Assembly: GCA_049967255.1 (NCBI GenBank)
Contig: JBMFTB010000002.1
Location: forward strand, 2,747-66,746
Source: Thermoplasmata archaeon
GTDB lineage: Archaea; Thermoplasmatota; Thermoplasmata; Thermoplasmatales; ARK-15
DNA: 64,000 nucleotides
Direction of reading: 5' to 3'
Position 1 is the first letter of the stretch. Every line of letters starts with the position of its first letter. Under the pieces are notes generated by a model that ran no database searches, had not been told where the DNA came from, and saw nothing but the letters and a program-made list of their open reading frames with translations. Shown one piece after another: positions 17,596 through 26,742 of the stretch. A program made the translations under genes and the position numbers.

Positions 17596-18516
17596 TTACT
17601 GCACCTTTTGAAGTGACTTGCTCCATTTCTCCTTTTCAAGCAAAATGTTCCAATCTCTTTTCACATCATTCTGTATATCTTCAATCTCTTCATCTGTAAG
17701 GTGCCTGAACCTTCCCTGCTGAAGCATATAATCCCTAACACTAACTTCCTTTTTTGGCATATAGGTTATATTATAAACACCATGATCTACCTCATATAGA
17801 GGAAAAACCTTTGACTCAACAGCAAGTCTGGCAATCTCCACAGTTTTTGCTGGGGATATTCTCCAGCCCGTAGGGCATGTTGCAAAAACATGGTAAAACT
17901 TTGGTCCCTTTATGCTTTTTCCCTTTTCAAGCTTTTTTATGAAATCTTCAGGAAATGCAATAGACGCAGTTGCAGCATAAGGAATGTTATGTGCAACCAT
18001 TATTTCAACCATGTTCTTTTTCTTTTCCTTTTTCCAGTCTCTTATTTTTCCAACCTGCGTTGTTGTGGTCCATGCACCCTTTGGTGTTGATGATGATCTC
18101 TGTACGCCTGTATTCATATAAGCTTCGTTATCATACATTATGTAAAAAACATCCTCACCCCTTTCTACTGCACCGCTAAGGCTTTGTATACCTATATCAG
18201 CAGTACCGCCATCCCCTGCAAAGCCAAGTACATTCACATCATCTATGCCCTGGGCAAGAAGTGCGTCTTTTATTCCTGATATTGCAGCACCCGTTACCTC
18301 AAATGCAGTATAAAGAAGAGGCACATCCAGTGTTCTGGCAGGATATACACCAGGTATCACTGCCCAGCAGCATGCGGGTATAGTGACTATTGTATTTTTT
18401 CCAAGAGCTTTAAGCGCATACCTCATCGCTAGCGTTGCACCGCATCCAAGGCATGCAGTATGGCCTGGAAGCATGTATTCATCTTCAGGTATGGTTAAAT
18501 TTTTCATCATGCCCAC
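17596..18516 (-). CDS. porB: 2-oxoacid (pyruvate/2-ketoisovalerate):ferredoxin oxidoreductase, beta subunit
   Basis: CLGCGATLAMRY and the TPP motif GFAGDGGTADIG are present, as is NEAYMNTG. POR versus VOR specificity cannot be decided by eye. Confidence 0.85.
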   Translation of the reverse strand: MGMMKNLTIPEDEYMLPGHTACLGCGATLAMRYALKALGKNTIVTIPACCWAVIPGVYPARTLDVPLLYTAFEVTGAAISGIKDALLAQGIDDVNVLGFAGDGGTADIGIQSLSGAVERGEDVFYIMYDNEAYMNTGVQRSSSTPKGAWTTTTQVGKIRDWKKEKKKNMVEIMVAHNIPYAATASIAFPEDFIKKLEKGKSIKGPKFYHVFATCPTGWRISPAKTVEIARLAVESKVFPLYEVDHGVYNITYMPKKEVSVRDYMLQQGRFRHLTDEEIEDIQNDVKRDWNILLEKEKWSKSLQKVQ

Positions 18517-19688
18517 CTACCATCGCCAATAAGACCTACCCATTCATAATCCATTTCCTGTCCCTTTTCAGACATATTTATCACATCTAGGAAGATTTTC
18601 TCAATTAGGTTCATTGTAACATCCCTGCCCCCCAGGCCACCGATATATCCCTTTACAGGTATCTTTAACCCATATAGGCTGCTCCTTACCTCGGTGAAAA
18701 CTGCACCACCATAGCCGAATGTATAGCTTCTATCAAATACACCTGCACCCTTTACATTTTTTAAATATTCCCTGATCTTTTCATGTGGGAATGGTCTGAA
18801 AGATCTGATTCTTAATAGGCCAACATCGTAACCATTATCTCTCATTTTATCCACCACCTCTTTTCCTGTTGAAGCCGTACTCCCCATCATTATAAGGGCA
18901 TACTTTGCATTATCCATCCTGTACGGTTCAACAGTTCCACCATATCCCCTACCAAATTTTTTATTAAATAGTGCATCAGTTTCATCAATAATCTTAAGTG
19001 CATTTTTCATTGCATCATGGCCCTTATATTTGAATTCCATAAATGGTCCTTCTGGCATGATCAATGAACCAAAACCCATAGGTTTAGCAACGTCAAGCTT
19101 GTATTTTGGATTGTAATCAGGCAGGAAATCATCAACGTCATCCTGATCGGGTATATTTACAGGTTCCATCGTGTGTGAAAGTATGAATGCATCTTCAATC
19201 ACCATAGCTGGGAGCAATACTTCAGGGTTTTCTGCAATCCTGTATGCCATTATAATTGAATCAAGAACCTCCTGATTGTTTTCACTATATATCTGCATCC
19301 ATCCCGTATCCCTTTGTGAAATAGTATCCTGTTGATCGCTCCATATGGACCATGGGGGACCAAGTGATCTGTTTACAACGCTCATCACAATGGGCAATCT
19401 TGCACCTGATGCCCAGTGCAGCATCTCATGCATCAGCGCAAGACCGTGCGATGACGTGGCAGTAAATGTTCTCACCCCAGTATTTTCTGCAGCAATGCAT
19501 GATGCCATGGCAGAATGCTCACTCTCTACCCTTATATATTTACCATCAAATTCACCATTTGCAATGAATTCTGCTATTTTTTCAACTATGGTTGTCTGTG
19601 GTGTAATTGGATATGCAGAAACAAGCTTTGCCTTTGCAAGCTTTGCACCATAAGCGGATGCATAATTACCCGTTAACATCTTCATCAT
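18507..19688 (-). CDS. porA: 2-oxoacid:ferredoxin oxidoreductase, alpha subunit
   Basis: The N-terminus LTGNYASAYGAKLAKAKLVSAYPITPQT is typical. 393 aa, in gamma-delta-alpha-beta gene order. Confidence 0.85.
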   Translation of the reverse strand: MMKMLTGNYASAYGAKLAKAKLVSAYPITPQTTIVEKIAEFIANGEFDGKYIRVESEHSAMASCIAAENTGVRTFTATSSHGLALMHEMLHWASGARLPIVMSVVNRSLGPPWSIWSDQQDTISQRDTGWMQIYSENNQEVLDSIIMAYRIAENPEVLLPAMVIEDAFILSHTMEPVNIPDQDDVDDFLPDYNPKYKLDVAKPMGFGSLIMPEGPFMEFKYKGHDAMKNALKIIDETDALFNKKFGRGYGGTVEPYRMDNAKYALIMMGSTASTGKEVVDKMRDNGYDVGLLRIRSFRPFPHEKIREYLKNVKGAGVFDRSYTFGYGGAVFTEVRSSLYGLKIPVKGYIGGLGGRDVTMNLIEKIFLDVINMSEKGQEMDYEWVGLIGDGRWA

Positions 19689-19694
19689 TTTTCA

Positions 19695-20003
19695 TCACTC
19701 CTCTATGGATTCTTCAAAAACCATGTCAATTGCTTTTGTGGGGCATTCGTTTGCACATATTCCGCAACCCTTACAGAAATCATAATTAATCTCTGGTGCA
19801 TCAAGCTTTTTTATAGCTTCATTCCTTGCAACATATTTTTTTGAATCAACGATAATTATTGCAGGTTCAGGACAGAATTTCCAACAAATCATGCACCTGA
19901 TGCAATTTTCATACTTTATAACAGGCCTGAACGTTCTCCAGGTACCTGTTTTATTGCTTGTGCTCGGCTCAGTGGTAATCGGCGTGGGAAAATCATCATT
20001 CAT
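19695..20003 (-). CDS. porD: 2-oxoacid:ferredoxin oxidoreductase, delta subunit (2x[4Fe-4S] ferredoxin)
   Basis: [12 protein letters not shown] and [12 protein letters not shown] motifs; 102 aa. Confidence 0.85.
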   Translation of the reverse strand: MNDDFPTPITTEPSTSNKTGTWRTFRPVIKYENCIRCMICWKFCPEPAIIIVDSKKYVARNEAIKKLDAPEINYDFCKGCGICANECPTKAIDMVFEESIEE

Positions 20004-20554
20004 TTTAAAATCACCTTCACATTTTTAAAAGCATCATCTGCGGATGCTATATTTTCATCAACCATTCCTGAAATATTTTCCTCAATCGCTCTTTTTAATG
20101 ATTCAAGTTTTACAGTTCCACTCACTTTTGCATATGCACCTAGAATTGCAGTGTTAACTATCGGGGCAGAATGTGATCCAAGACTATGGTTCAATGCTAT
20201 CTCAGATGCATTGACCGTTGCAAGAACTTTTGCATTTATGTTTAGTTCTTCAGGGTCTTTAATGGTATTAACAAGCACCAGACCACCATCCTTAAGTCCT
20301 TTTGTCACATTAACAAGCGTTAATAGGGAATGATCAAGAACAATTACATGGTCAGGATTGTATATCTGTGTTTTTACCCTGATCGGTTTATTATCTATCC
20401 TTGTAAATGCTGTTACAGGTGCGCCCCTTCTCTCAACACCAAAGTAAGGAAACGAAGACACATACTTTCCTTCATAGAATGCTGCAGTAGCCAATATTTC
20501 AGAAGCTATTACTGCTCCCTGTCCTCCTCGTCCATGAAATCTTACCTCAAGCAT
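20000..20554 (-). CDS. porG: 2-oxoacid:ferredoxin oxidoreductase, gamma subunit
   Basis: N-terminus [22 protein letters not shown]; 184 aa. Confidence 0.85.
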   Translation of the reverse strand: MLEVRFHGRGGQGAVIASEILATAAFYEGKYVSSFPYFGVERRGAPVTAFTRIDNKPIRVKTQIYNPDHVIVLDHSLLTLVNVTKGLKDGGLVLVNTIKDPEELNINAKVLATVNASEIALNHSLGSHSAPIVNTAILGAYAKVSGTVKLESLKRAIEENISGMVDENIASADDAFKNVKVILK

Positions 20555-20608
20555 CTATAAGCACCAAAACCTAATTAGAAGAATGTATTTAAAAATTTGC
20601 TATTCCCT

Positions 20609-21592
20609 TTAAATAAACCTAGAAAATATTAATTTTGTAATAAATGAGGGTATATATCTAACCAATCTATACCAGCTATCTTCATGATTAATAAATAAAT
20701 TATTAACAAAATTATCAATATTTTTTATATCCTCATCAGAAATATTTATTCTAAAAGCGAGCGCATTATTCTTTGCCTGATCTATATTCTTTGCACCTGA
20801 AATAGGTATACCACCCTTTTTTATGATATATGCAAGAGAAATCTGTGAAACGGTGCAATTATATTTTAGTGATATATTTTTCAAGAATCCATTCAATATC
20901 TCTAGCTTTTCAATGTTCTTTTCCTTAAATATTTCAGCTGTTTTTCTAACATATCCATTAGGTCTTTTATTTTTTCCATATTTGCCTGTCAATGCACCCA
21001 TTTCAAGCGGCGAATATGCAATTAAATCAATGTTATTTTCCCTCATATATGGTATAAGGTCCTTTTCTGCAGATCTTTGTATTATGTTATATTTTATCTG
21101 GTTAGAAACAATATGGTAATCCTTAATTGTTTTTAGCAATCCAACATCAAAATTGCTAACACCTATGTACCTTACCTTTTCACTTTTAACAAGGTTGAAC
21201 ATGTTTTTCATAGATTTTTCAATGTTTGAGTACACACTAGGTGGCCAGTGAATTTGATATAAATCCACATACTTAGAATTCAGCCTTTCTATGCTTTTAT
21301 TTAGAGATTTTTCAACTTTGTTTAAATTAAATGGGGCAATCTTTGTTGCAATTATATATTCATCTCTATTATAAATAGAGAGTGCTTCACCAAGAATCTT
21401 TTCAGATAATCCATCCCCATAAATCTCAGCCGTGTCAAAAAAATTTATGCCATTTTCAAACGCTTCCCTTATTGCGGAGATTATTGATTCTTTAGAATAA
21501 TCCTTTCCCCATCCCCTTAAGGATCCCTGCCATGTGCCGAAACTCACAACAGAAACTTTCATATCTGTATTACCAAGGTTTCTGTATTCCAT
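20609..21592 (-). CDS. Aldo/keto reductase
   Basis: MEYRNLGNTDMKVSVVSFGTW..FFDTAEIYG..HWP. The start is moved to MEYRNLG (cat at 21590-21592). The 16-aa hydrophobic extension in the track would overlap queA. Confidence 0.85.
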   Translation of the reverse strand: MEYRNLGNTDMKVSVVSFGTWQGSLRGWGKDYSKESIISAIREAFENGINFFDTAEIYGDGLSEKILGEALSIYNRDEYIIATKIAPFNLNKVEKSLNKSIERLNSKYVDLYQIHWPPSVYSNIEKSMKNMFNLVKSEKVRYIGVSNFDVGLLKTIKDYHIVSNQIKYNIIQRSAEKDLIPYMRENNIDLIAYSPLEMGALTGKYGKNKRPNGYVRKTAEIFKEKNIEKLEILNGFLKNISLKYNCTVSQISLAYIIKKGGIPISGAKNIDQAKNNALAFRINISDEDIKNIDNFVNNLFINHEDSWYRLVRYIPSFITKLIFSRFI

Positions 21593-21632
21593 AGTCAAAG
21601 TTAAAATATAATACAATATTAAGATTTTTAAA

Positions 21633-22619
21633 ATGATCATTGAAAAATATGATTACTATTTGCCAAAGCAATTAATTGCACAAAGGCCGGTGGAACCAAG
21701 GGACAGTTCAAGGTTAATGGTAGTTGGAAATACTATAGAACACAGGCATTTTTATGACATTGTTGAATATTTGAATGAAAATGATTTGCTTGTTTTTAAT
21801 AATTCAAGAGTAATAAGGGCAAGGGTGAAGGGGAACAAGGAGACTGGTGGAAAAGTAGAACTACTTTTTCTTTCTAACGAAAAGGATCCAGATATACTCG
21901 TGAGGGGAAAAAAGGTGAGACCTGGTACAAGGATTTACATTGGTGAAATAAAAGGTACCGTTAGGGAAAAAAAGGAAGGTATATGCAAAATAGACTTCAA
22001 CGATGATGTTTCAAACATTATTGATAGATATGGTGAAGTACCATTGCCACCATACATTAAAGAACACTTGGAAAATGGTGAAAGATACCAGACAATTTAT
22101 TCAAAGGTACAGGGATCCGTGGCAGCACCAACAGCCGGTTTGCATTTTACAGAAAATCTTCTTAATTCCATTCAAAGAAAGGGAGTTAAAATATCTTTCA
22201 TTACGCTTCATATATCCTATTCAACATTCAAACCACTAAATGAAAGTGAAATAATTGACGGCAAGCTCCATGAGGAATATTACCATATAGATGATGAAAC
22301 TGCAATGACTATAAATAACAGGCAGGGTCGACTTTTTACAGTTGGAACGACTGTTGTTCGTGCCCTAGAATCATCTTCCAAGAATGGAAAAATAATACCG
22401 GGTGCCTTTAAAACGGATCTGTTCATAAAAGAAGGTTATAATTTTCAATCTGGCATAGATGCCCTAATAACTAACTTCCATATACCACGCTCATCATTGT
22501 TAATGCTTGTTACAGCATTTGGAGGATATGAAAGAATAATGAATGCTTATAAAATTGCAGTAGAAAATAATTATAGATTCTACAGCTTTGGGGATGCAAT
22601 GTTAATTTTCAAAAAATAA
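21633..22619 (+). CDS. queA: S-adenosylmethionine:tRNA ribosyltransferase-isomerase (QueA)-like protein
   Basis: YDYYLPKQLIAQRPVEPRDSSRLMVV at the N-terminus, PLPPYI, AAPTAGLHFT, TVGTTVVRALES and a C-terminal RFYSFGDAMLI are hallmark QueA blocks over the full 328-aa length. Confidence 0.8.
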   Translation: MIIEKYDYYLPKQLIAQRPVEPRDSSRLMVVGNTIEHRHFYDIVEYLNENDLLVFNNSRVIRARVKGNKETGGKVELLFLSNEKDPDILVRGKKVRPGTRIYIGEIKGTVREKKEGICKIDFNDDVSNIIDRYGEVPLPPYIKEHLENGERYQTIYSKVQGSVAAPTAGLHFTENLLNSIQRKGVKISFITLHISYSTFKPLNESEIIDGKLHEEYYHIDDETAMTINNRQGRLFTVGTTVVRALESSSKNGKIIPGAFKTDLFIKEGYNFQSGIDALITNFHIPRSSLLMLVTAFGGYERIMNAYKIAVENNYRFYSFGDAMLIFKK

Positions 22620-22662
22620 TTGTACCAAAAGGTTTAAATTTTAAATAAAATTTCTATAAAAT

Positions 22663-23565
22663 ATGAAAAAATTAATTGTTATATCCATAGTTCTTGTATT
22701 GATGGCATTGTTGGTGTTTCCAGCGGCCTATGGCAGCACATTAAAGATATCTCTTATTCCGGACAAGAAATTAGCAAATGTTAGCCTTGAGTCTGAAAGC
22801 GAACTTCTGTTCACATATCCCAATGGCACCTTTGTTTCAAAGTTGCTTAACGGTACATCAACAAATATAGGCTTTACAGAAACATTTAATCATCCATCCG
22901 ATCAGGCAATATCATTCATAGAGGGTTATCTTAAATCCAGGTACCATAATGTAACAGTGGATAATATGACGGTTGTTTTTAATTTAACTGAAAAAGCAAA
23001 TAACACCGTTCTGAAAATAACAAAGAATGTGTCCATTGATCTCTGGCTTACTGGCATTTTCAACAAAACAAAAAGTGAAACAAAAGCAAATCTCTCCTGG
23101 AGATCATTTGAAATAAGGGGAGAATTTGAAATTAACGGTCATGATATCAACGATTTCGGTAGCTATCTTGGTTCAATTGAAATGTTCTCTAACTTTATGG
23201 ACAGGATAAACAATAAATCAACTATAAACTTCACTGCACTATCAGCGCCCTTGGACAAATGGAACAGGACATATGATGCTTCAACAAATACAACAACATT
23301 TTATTACAATTCATCAATGAACGTTTTGCTATCAATGAGCATTAATGGGACAGAAAACAACAATTATTATAACTATACATTAAAAATACTCTATGATCCA
23401 TCAAGCACCATAACAGTTCCAGGTTATGCAACGGCTACAAATAATTCCATTGAAATTATGCCAACAGCTCCATCAACAACGAACATGCTCCTAATAGGAA
23501 TTGTAGCAGTGGTTGCAGTTGTTGTTGTAGTTGGCGGTATAGCACTCGTGTTGAGAAAGAAATAA
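22663..23565 (+). CDS. Secreted, C-terminally membrane-anchored N-glycoprotein (unknown function)
   Basis: Signal-like N-terminus (KKLIVISIVLVLMALLVFPAAYG). C-terminal TM helix LLIGIVAVVAVVVVVGGIALVL plus RKK. About 18 N-x-S/T sequons in 300 aa, counted by eye. Confidence 0.7.
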   Translation: MKKLIVISIVLVLMALLVFPAAYGSTLKISLIPDKKLANVSLESESELLFTYPNGTFVSKLLNGTSTNIGFTETFNHPSDQAISFIEGYLKSRYHNVTVDNMTVVFNLTEKANNTVLKITKNVSIDLWLTGIFNKTKSETKANLSWRSFEIRGEFEINGHDINDFGSYLGSIEMFSNFMDRINNKSTINFTALSAPLDKWNRTYDASTNTTTFYYNSSMNVLLSMSINGTENNNYYNYTLKILYDPSSTITVPGYATATNNSIEIMPTAPSTTNMLLIGIVAVVAVVVVVGGIALVLRKK

Positions 23566-23571
23566 ACCTTC

Positions 23572-24456
23572 TTACCATTTTTTTCCTGTTATTTTTTCAT
23601 ACAATTCTTTATAAAGAATACTTGTTTTTCTTATCATATCCTCTGGAAGCGGCGGTATGTCTGGTTCCTTAACCCCCTTTTCTCTTGCCTCCATAAGTCT
23701 ATCATAATAGCCAATGTCCCTGTAATATTTTCTCACGAACTCTTTGCTGAGTTCCACAAAATTCCCCTTCTCATATTCTTTTAAATCCCAGAACCTGTCC
23801 TCATCAGCCGTGCCAAATGTGTCCACAAGAACAGGATTCCTGTGTGCATCAAGTGCCCATTCCTTTTTACCGTCCACATGAATAAGACCCCTGGTCAATA
23901 CATCGCTGTTTATCCTAGCGTCAATTTTAAGTATCAGTTCCTTTATCAGCTCGAGCTCATTTTTTTCCAGACCACCTATTTCCATTGCTTCATTAAAATC
24001 TAAATTTCTATCATGATCTTCAAATTTGGTTGTAACCTCAAAATATGGTTCAGGAAGCTTTTCGCCATACCTTATATTTTTTATTCCAAGTTCTTCCTTC
24101 TTTATCTTTTCAGATTTAAGCCTGTCAAAAATTGAGCCTGCTATGTAGTACCTGGTGATAAATTCAAGTGGAATAAGGTATGAATTTTTGTTCAAATCAC
24201 CCTTCATTGTTATTGAAAATCTTTTCACCCTCATTTTATTGTTCTCCTCAAGTTTTAAAAAATGAGTATTTATACCCATTGATTCAGATATTTCAAACCA
24301 ATGAGTAGAAGTTCTTGCTAGTGATGCACCTTTGTCAGGAATTCTGGATGGAATGACCTTGTCAAAAACAGAAATGTTATCAGTGAATATGAATAAAAGT
24401 TCATTTTCATTCAGAGCATAGACTTCTTTTACTTTTCCCTTTCTTATTAGTTCCAT
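23572..24456 (-). CDS. purC: Phosphoribosylaminoimidazole-succinocarboxamide (SAICAR) synthase
   Basis: GKVKEVY..FTDNISVFDKVIP..IPDKG and a later VDGKKEW..DTFGT pattern are typical of PurC (long form, 294 aa). Confidence 0.8.
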   Translation of the reverse strand: MELIRKGKVKEVYALNENELLFIFTDNISVFDKVIPSRIPDKGASLARTSTHWFEISESMGINTHFLKLEENNKMRVKRFSITMKGDLNKNSYLIPLEFITRYYIAGSIFDRLKSEKIKKEELGIKNIRYGEKLPEPYFEVTTKFEDHDRNLDFNEAMEIGGLEKNELELIKELILKIDARINSDVLTRGLIHVDGKKEWALDAHRNPVLVDTFGTADEDRFWDLKEYEKGNFVELSKEFVRKYYRDIGYYDRLMEAREKGVKEPDIPPLPEDMIRKTSILYKELYEKITGKKW

Positions 24457-24488
24457 GATGCTGATTATGAATTTACCCTTTAAAAATT

Positions 24489-24716
24489 TTATTCTTTTAT
24501 TATTTTCATTGAAAGGGAAATGGCCTGAAGAAGATCATCAATCGTTCTGCTGAAACTGTTAATATTATCAGATTCTATCTCACAAATTAATCTATTTTTT
24601 TCTATCCTTGCCTTGACATAATGTTCATTTTCTATTTCTATTGCTTTTAAGATTTCTTTTGCATTCTTGTCCTCAATTTCAATCAAGCAATGAAACATAT
24701 GGTATAATAAGCTCAA
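24489..24716 (-). CDS. pcc1: KEOPS complex subunit Pcc1-like
   Basis: 75 aa. The pattern AKEILKAIEIENE..RLICEIESDNINSFSRTIDDLLQAISLSMKII resembles the Pcc1/CTAG fold signature. Tentative. Confidence 0.55.
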   Translation of the reverse strand: MSLLYHMFHCLIEIEDKNAKEILKAIEIENEHYVKARIEKNRLICEIESDNINSFSRTIDDLLQAISLSMKIIKE

Positions 24717-24755
24717 AATATATATTTAACCTTTGCATATAGGTTTGAGATTATT

Positions 24756-25256
24756 ATGAGTAAAATAAAAGGTATTAATGATGTAAGCGATATGATTGGT
24801 ATTTTCCATACATCTGATACAGAAATAAAAAAGAATGTTTTCCTTGATCTCATAAAGGGCTGGATGACAGAGGAGGATATAGAAAAAAAATATGGTGAGG
24901 AGGGGAAAAAGGCCTTGTTTTATCTAGAAAAAATTAAGCTTGTGGAAAGTCAGTGGATTACTTTTGAAAATGGATTAAGAACAAAATCATACAGGGCTTA
25001 TTACGATACAGTTCAGATTAATATTACAATACCTATAGTTGAATTACCAGATATAATATACATTGCCACCATGAACGATGAGGAAATTAAAAAATATGAG
25101 GAAAGCATATTGAAGATCATGGGTAACCAAAAATCCATATTCATTGGGGATGTGCAGACGGCTTTGAATGTTTCACTTACGTTCCTTAAAGGAATTATTA
25201 AGAGGAGTTCAATGTTCGACATAAAAGGGCATAATATAGAAAGGGTTGAAGTCTGA
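24756..25256 (+). CDS. Hypothetical cytoplasmic protein, first gene of a four-gene overlapping operon
   Basis: 166-aa ORF with coding-like composition. The stop overlaps the next ATG (ATGA-type junction at 25253-25258). No family recognised. Confidence 0.55.
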   Translation: MSKIKGINDVSDMIGIFHTSDTEIKKNVFLDLIKGWMTEEDIEKKYGEEGKKALFYLEKIKLVESQWITFENGLRTKSYRAYYDTVQINITIPIVELPDIIYIATMNDEEIKKYEESILKIMGNQKSIFIGDVQTALNVSLTFLKGIIKRSSMFDIKGHNIERVEV

Positions 25257-25732
25257 TGTTCAACAAGCTTGATAAATATGGCAGTTCTACCCTTGGCCTT
25301 ATTTCAGGTTTAATGATAGGTGTAGTTGTTGTATCATTATATTTTATTTATACCTATAATCTTGGTTTATTTCAGTTTCTGCCACCAATAATCCTTGCCA
25401 TTCTAGCAGCTATATTGATGTTCATTCATATAATATATAAATTTCCAAGTACAGTATCAAATTTTTTATCAGGAATAATAATTGTTCTCTCTGCACTTTT
25501 CATATTCATTGATTTCAGGAATCAATTAAACAGTACCACAGGTCAATCAATAACACTATTATCAATAATTCTGACAATAGTTTCATTCTTTTCAATAATT
25601 TTTTTAATGAAGGCTATAGAAATAAAAATGCTTACAGAACCGCAAAAGGAAATGCTTCCACATAATGAAATGCCTTTGAGTGTTGAAAAGAAACAGAAAG
25701 AACATCCAAAGCCACCAATGGATCGATTATGA
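25256..25732 (+). CDS. Integral membrane protein (about 4 TM helices)
   Basis: Four long hydrophobic segments followed by a charged C-terminal tail. It overlaps the flanking genes by 1 nt (upstream) and 4 nt (downstream). Confidence 0.6.
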   Translation: MFNKLDKYGSSTLGLISGLMIGVVVVSLYFIYTYNLGLFQFLPPIILAILAAILMFIHIIYKFPSTVSNFLSGIIIVLSALFIFIDFRNQLNSTTGQSITLLSIILTIVSFFSIIFLMKAIEIKMLTEPQKEMLPHNEMPLSVEKKQKEHPKPPMDRL

Positions 25733-26742
25733 TTACAGTCTTGAGGCTCGGACATAGGCCTGAACGGGATAAGAGGGTAACAACACATGTTTCACTTGTT
25801 GCCAGAGCTCTAGGAGCTGATAGGGTTGTAATTTCCAGAAAGGATCCGGGTATTGAAGAAACAGTAAACGATGTTGTATCCAGGTTTGGAAACAGTTTCA
25901 AGATAGATAGTGGCGTAAACTGGAAAAAATACATTCAGAATTTTGAAGGCGTGAAGGTTCATCTAACCATGTATGGTATTCCATTGCAAGAAATTGATGA
26001 AAAAATACCCAGGGATAGGGATATCCTCATTATAGTTGGATCGGAGAAGGTACCTTCAGATGTATACAAGATGGTTGATTTCAACGTTGCTATAACTAAC
26101 CAGCCTCATAGTGAGGTTGCGGCACTTTCAATATTTCTTGATAGATATTTTAAAGGTGAGGAGCTGAAAAAGAAATTCAGGGGCATTATGCGTGTAGTCC
26201 CGGCTCAGAATGGAAAAAATTTGAAGGTCTTTACTAGGGAAGAATGTCTTCACGTTCTTAAATCCATTGGAATGGATGAAAAGCTTATTGCGCATAGCAT
26301 TGCAGTTGCAAATTTATCCATTGAAATTGGAAAAAGATGCAATGCAGATATTCCATTGCTTGAATGCGGTGCACTTTTCCATGATATAGGCAGGATTAGA
26401 GAAAATGGCATTGCGCATGGTATCATAGGAGCAAAGATGGTTCTTGATCTTGGTTATCCCAAAGATGTAGCCAATATAGTGAAAAGGCATGTGGGTGGTG
26501 GTTTAACCCCTGAAGAGGCCAAAAATCTAGGTTTAACAGAGACGGATCTAATGCCTGAAACACTTGAAGAAAAGATTGTATGCCATGCGGATAATTTAAT
26601 TAAAAAGGATAAAAAAATAAAACTTGAAAAGGTGCTTGAGGAATATAGAAAGATGAATCTACATAACCAGGTTGAACGTATCAGGTCTATTCATAGGTAC
26701 CTCTCCGACATGATTGATATGGATATAGATGAACTGGAGTGA
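25729..26742 (+). CDS. trm56: tRNA (cytidine56-2'-O)-methyltransferase (aTrm56, SPOUT) fused to a C-terminal HD-domain phosphohydrolase
   Basis: The N-terminal half has VLRLGHRPERDKRVTTHVSLVARALGA..HLTMYG..VGSEKVP..NQPHSEVAALSIFLDR (Trm56). The C-terminal half has FHDIGR, KRHVGGG and CHADNL (HD/HDIG motifs). Confidence 0.8.
   Translation: MITVLRLGHRPERDKRVTTHVSLVARALGADRVVISRKDPGIEETVNDVVSRFGNSFKIDSGVNWKKYIQNFEGVKVHLTMYGIPLQEIDEKIPRDRDILIIVGSEKVPSDVYKMVDFNVAITNQPHSEVAALSIFLDRYFKGEELKKKFRGIMRVVPAQNGKNLKVFTREECLHVLKSIGMDEKLIAHSIAVANLSIEIGKRCNADIPLLECGALFHDIGRIRENGIAHGIIGAKMVLDLGYPKDVANIVKRHVGGGLTPEEAKNLGLTETDLMPETLEEKIVCHADNLIKKDKKIKLEKVLEEYRKMNLHNQVERIRSIHRYLSDMIDMDIDELE

Noticed and set aside
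21593-21640. N-terminal extensions in the track for the AKR gene (likewise glpK 12617-12655, iorA 17594-17626, kae1 57599-57646, Sm 62715-62792, pyrF 37014-37031)
   Set aside because: The extensions are hydrophobic or low-complexity and overlap neighbouring genes. They precede internal ATGs that match the canonical family N-termini, several of which have GAGGTGA-type SD sequences.
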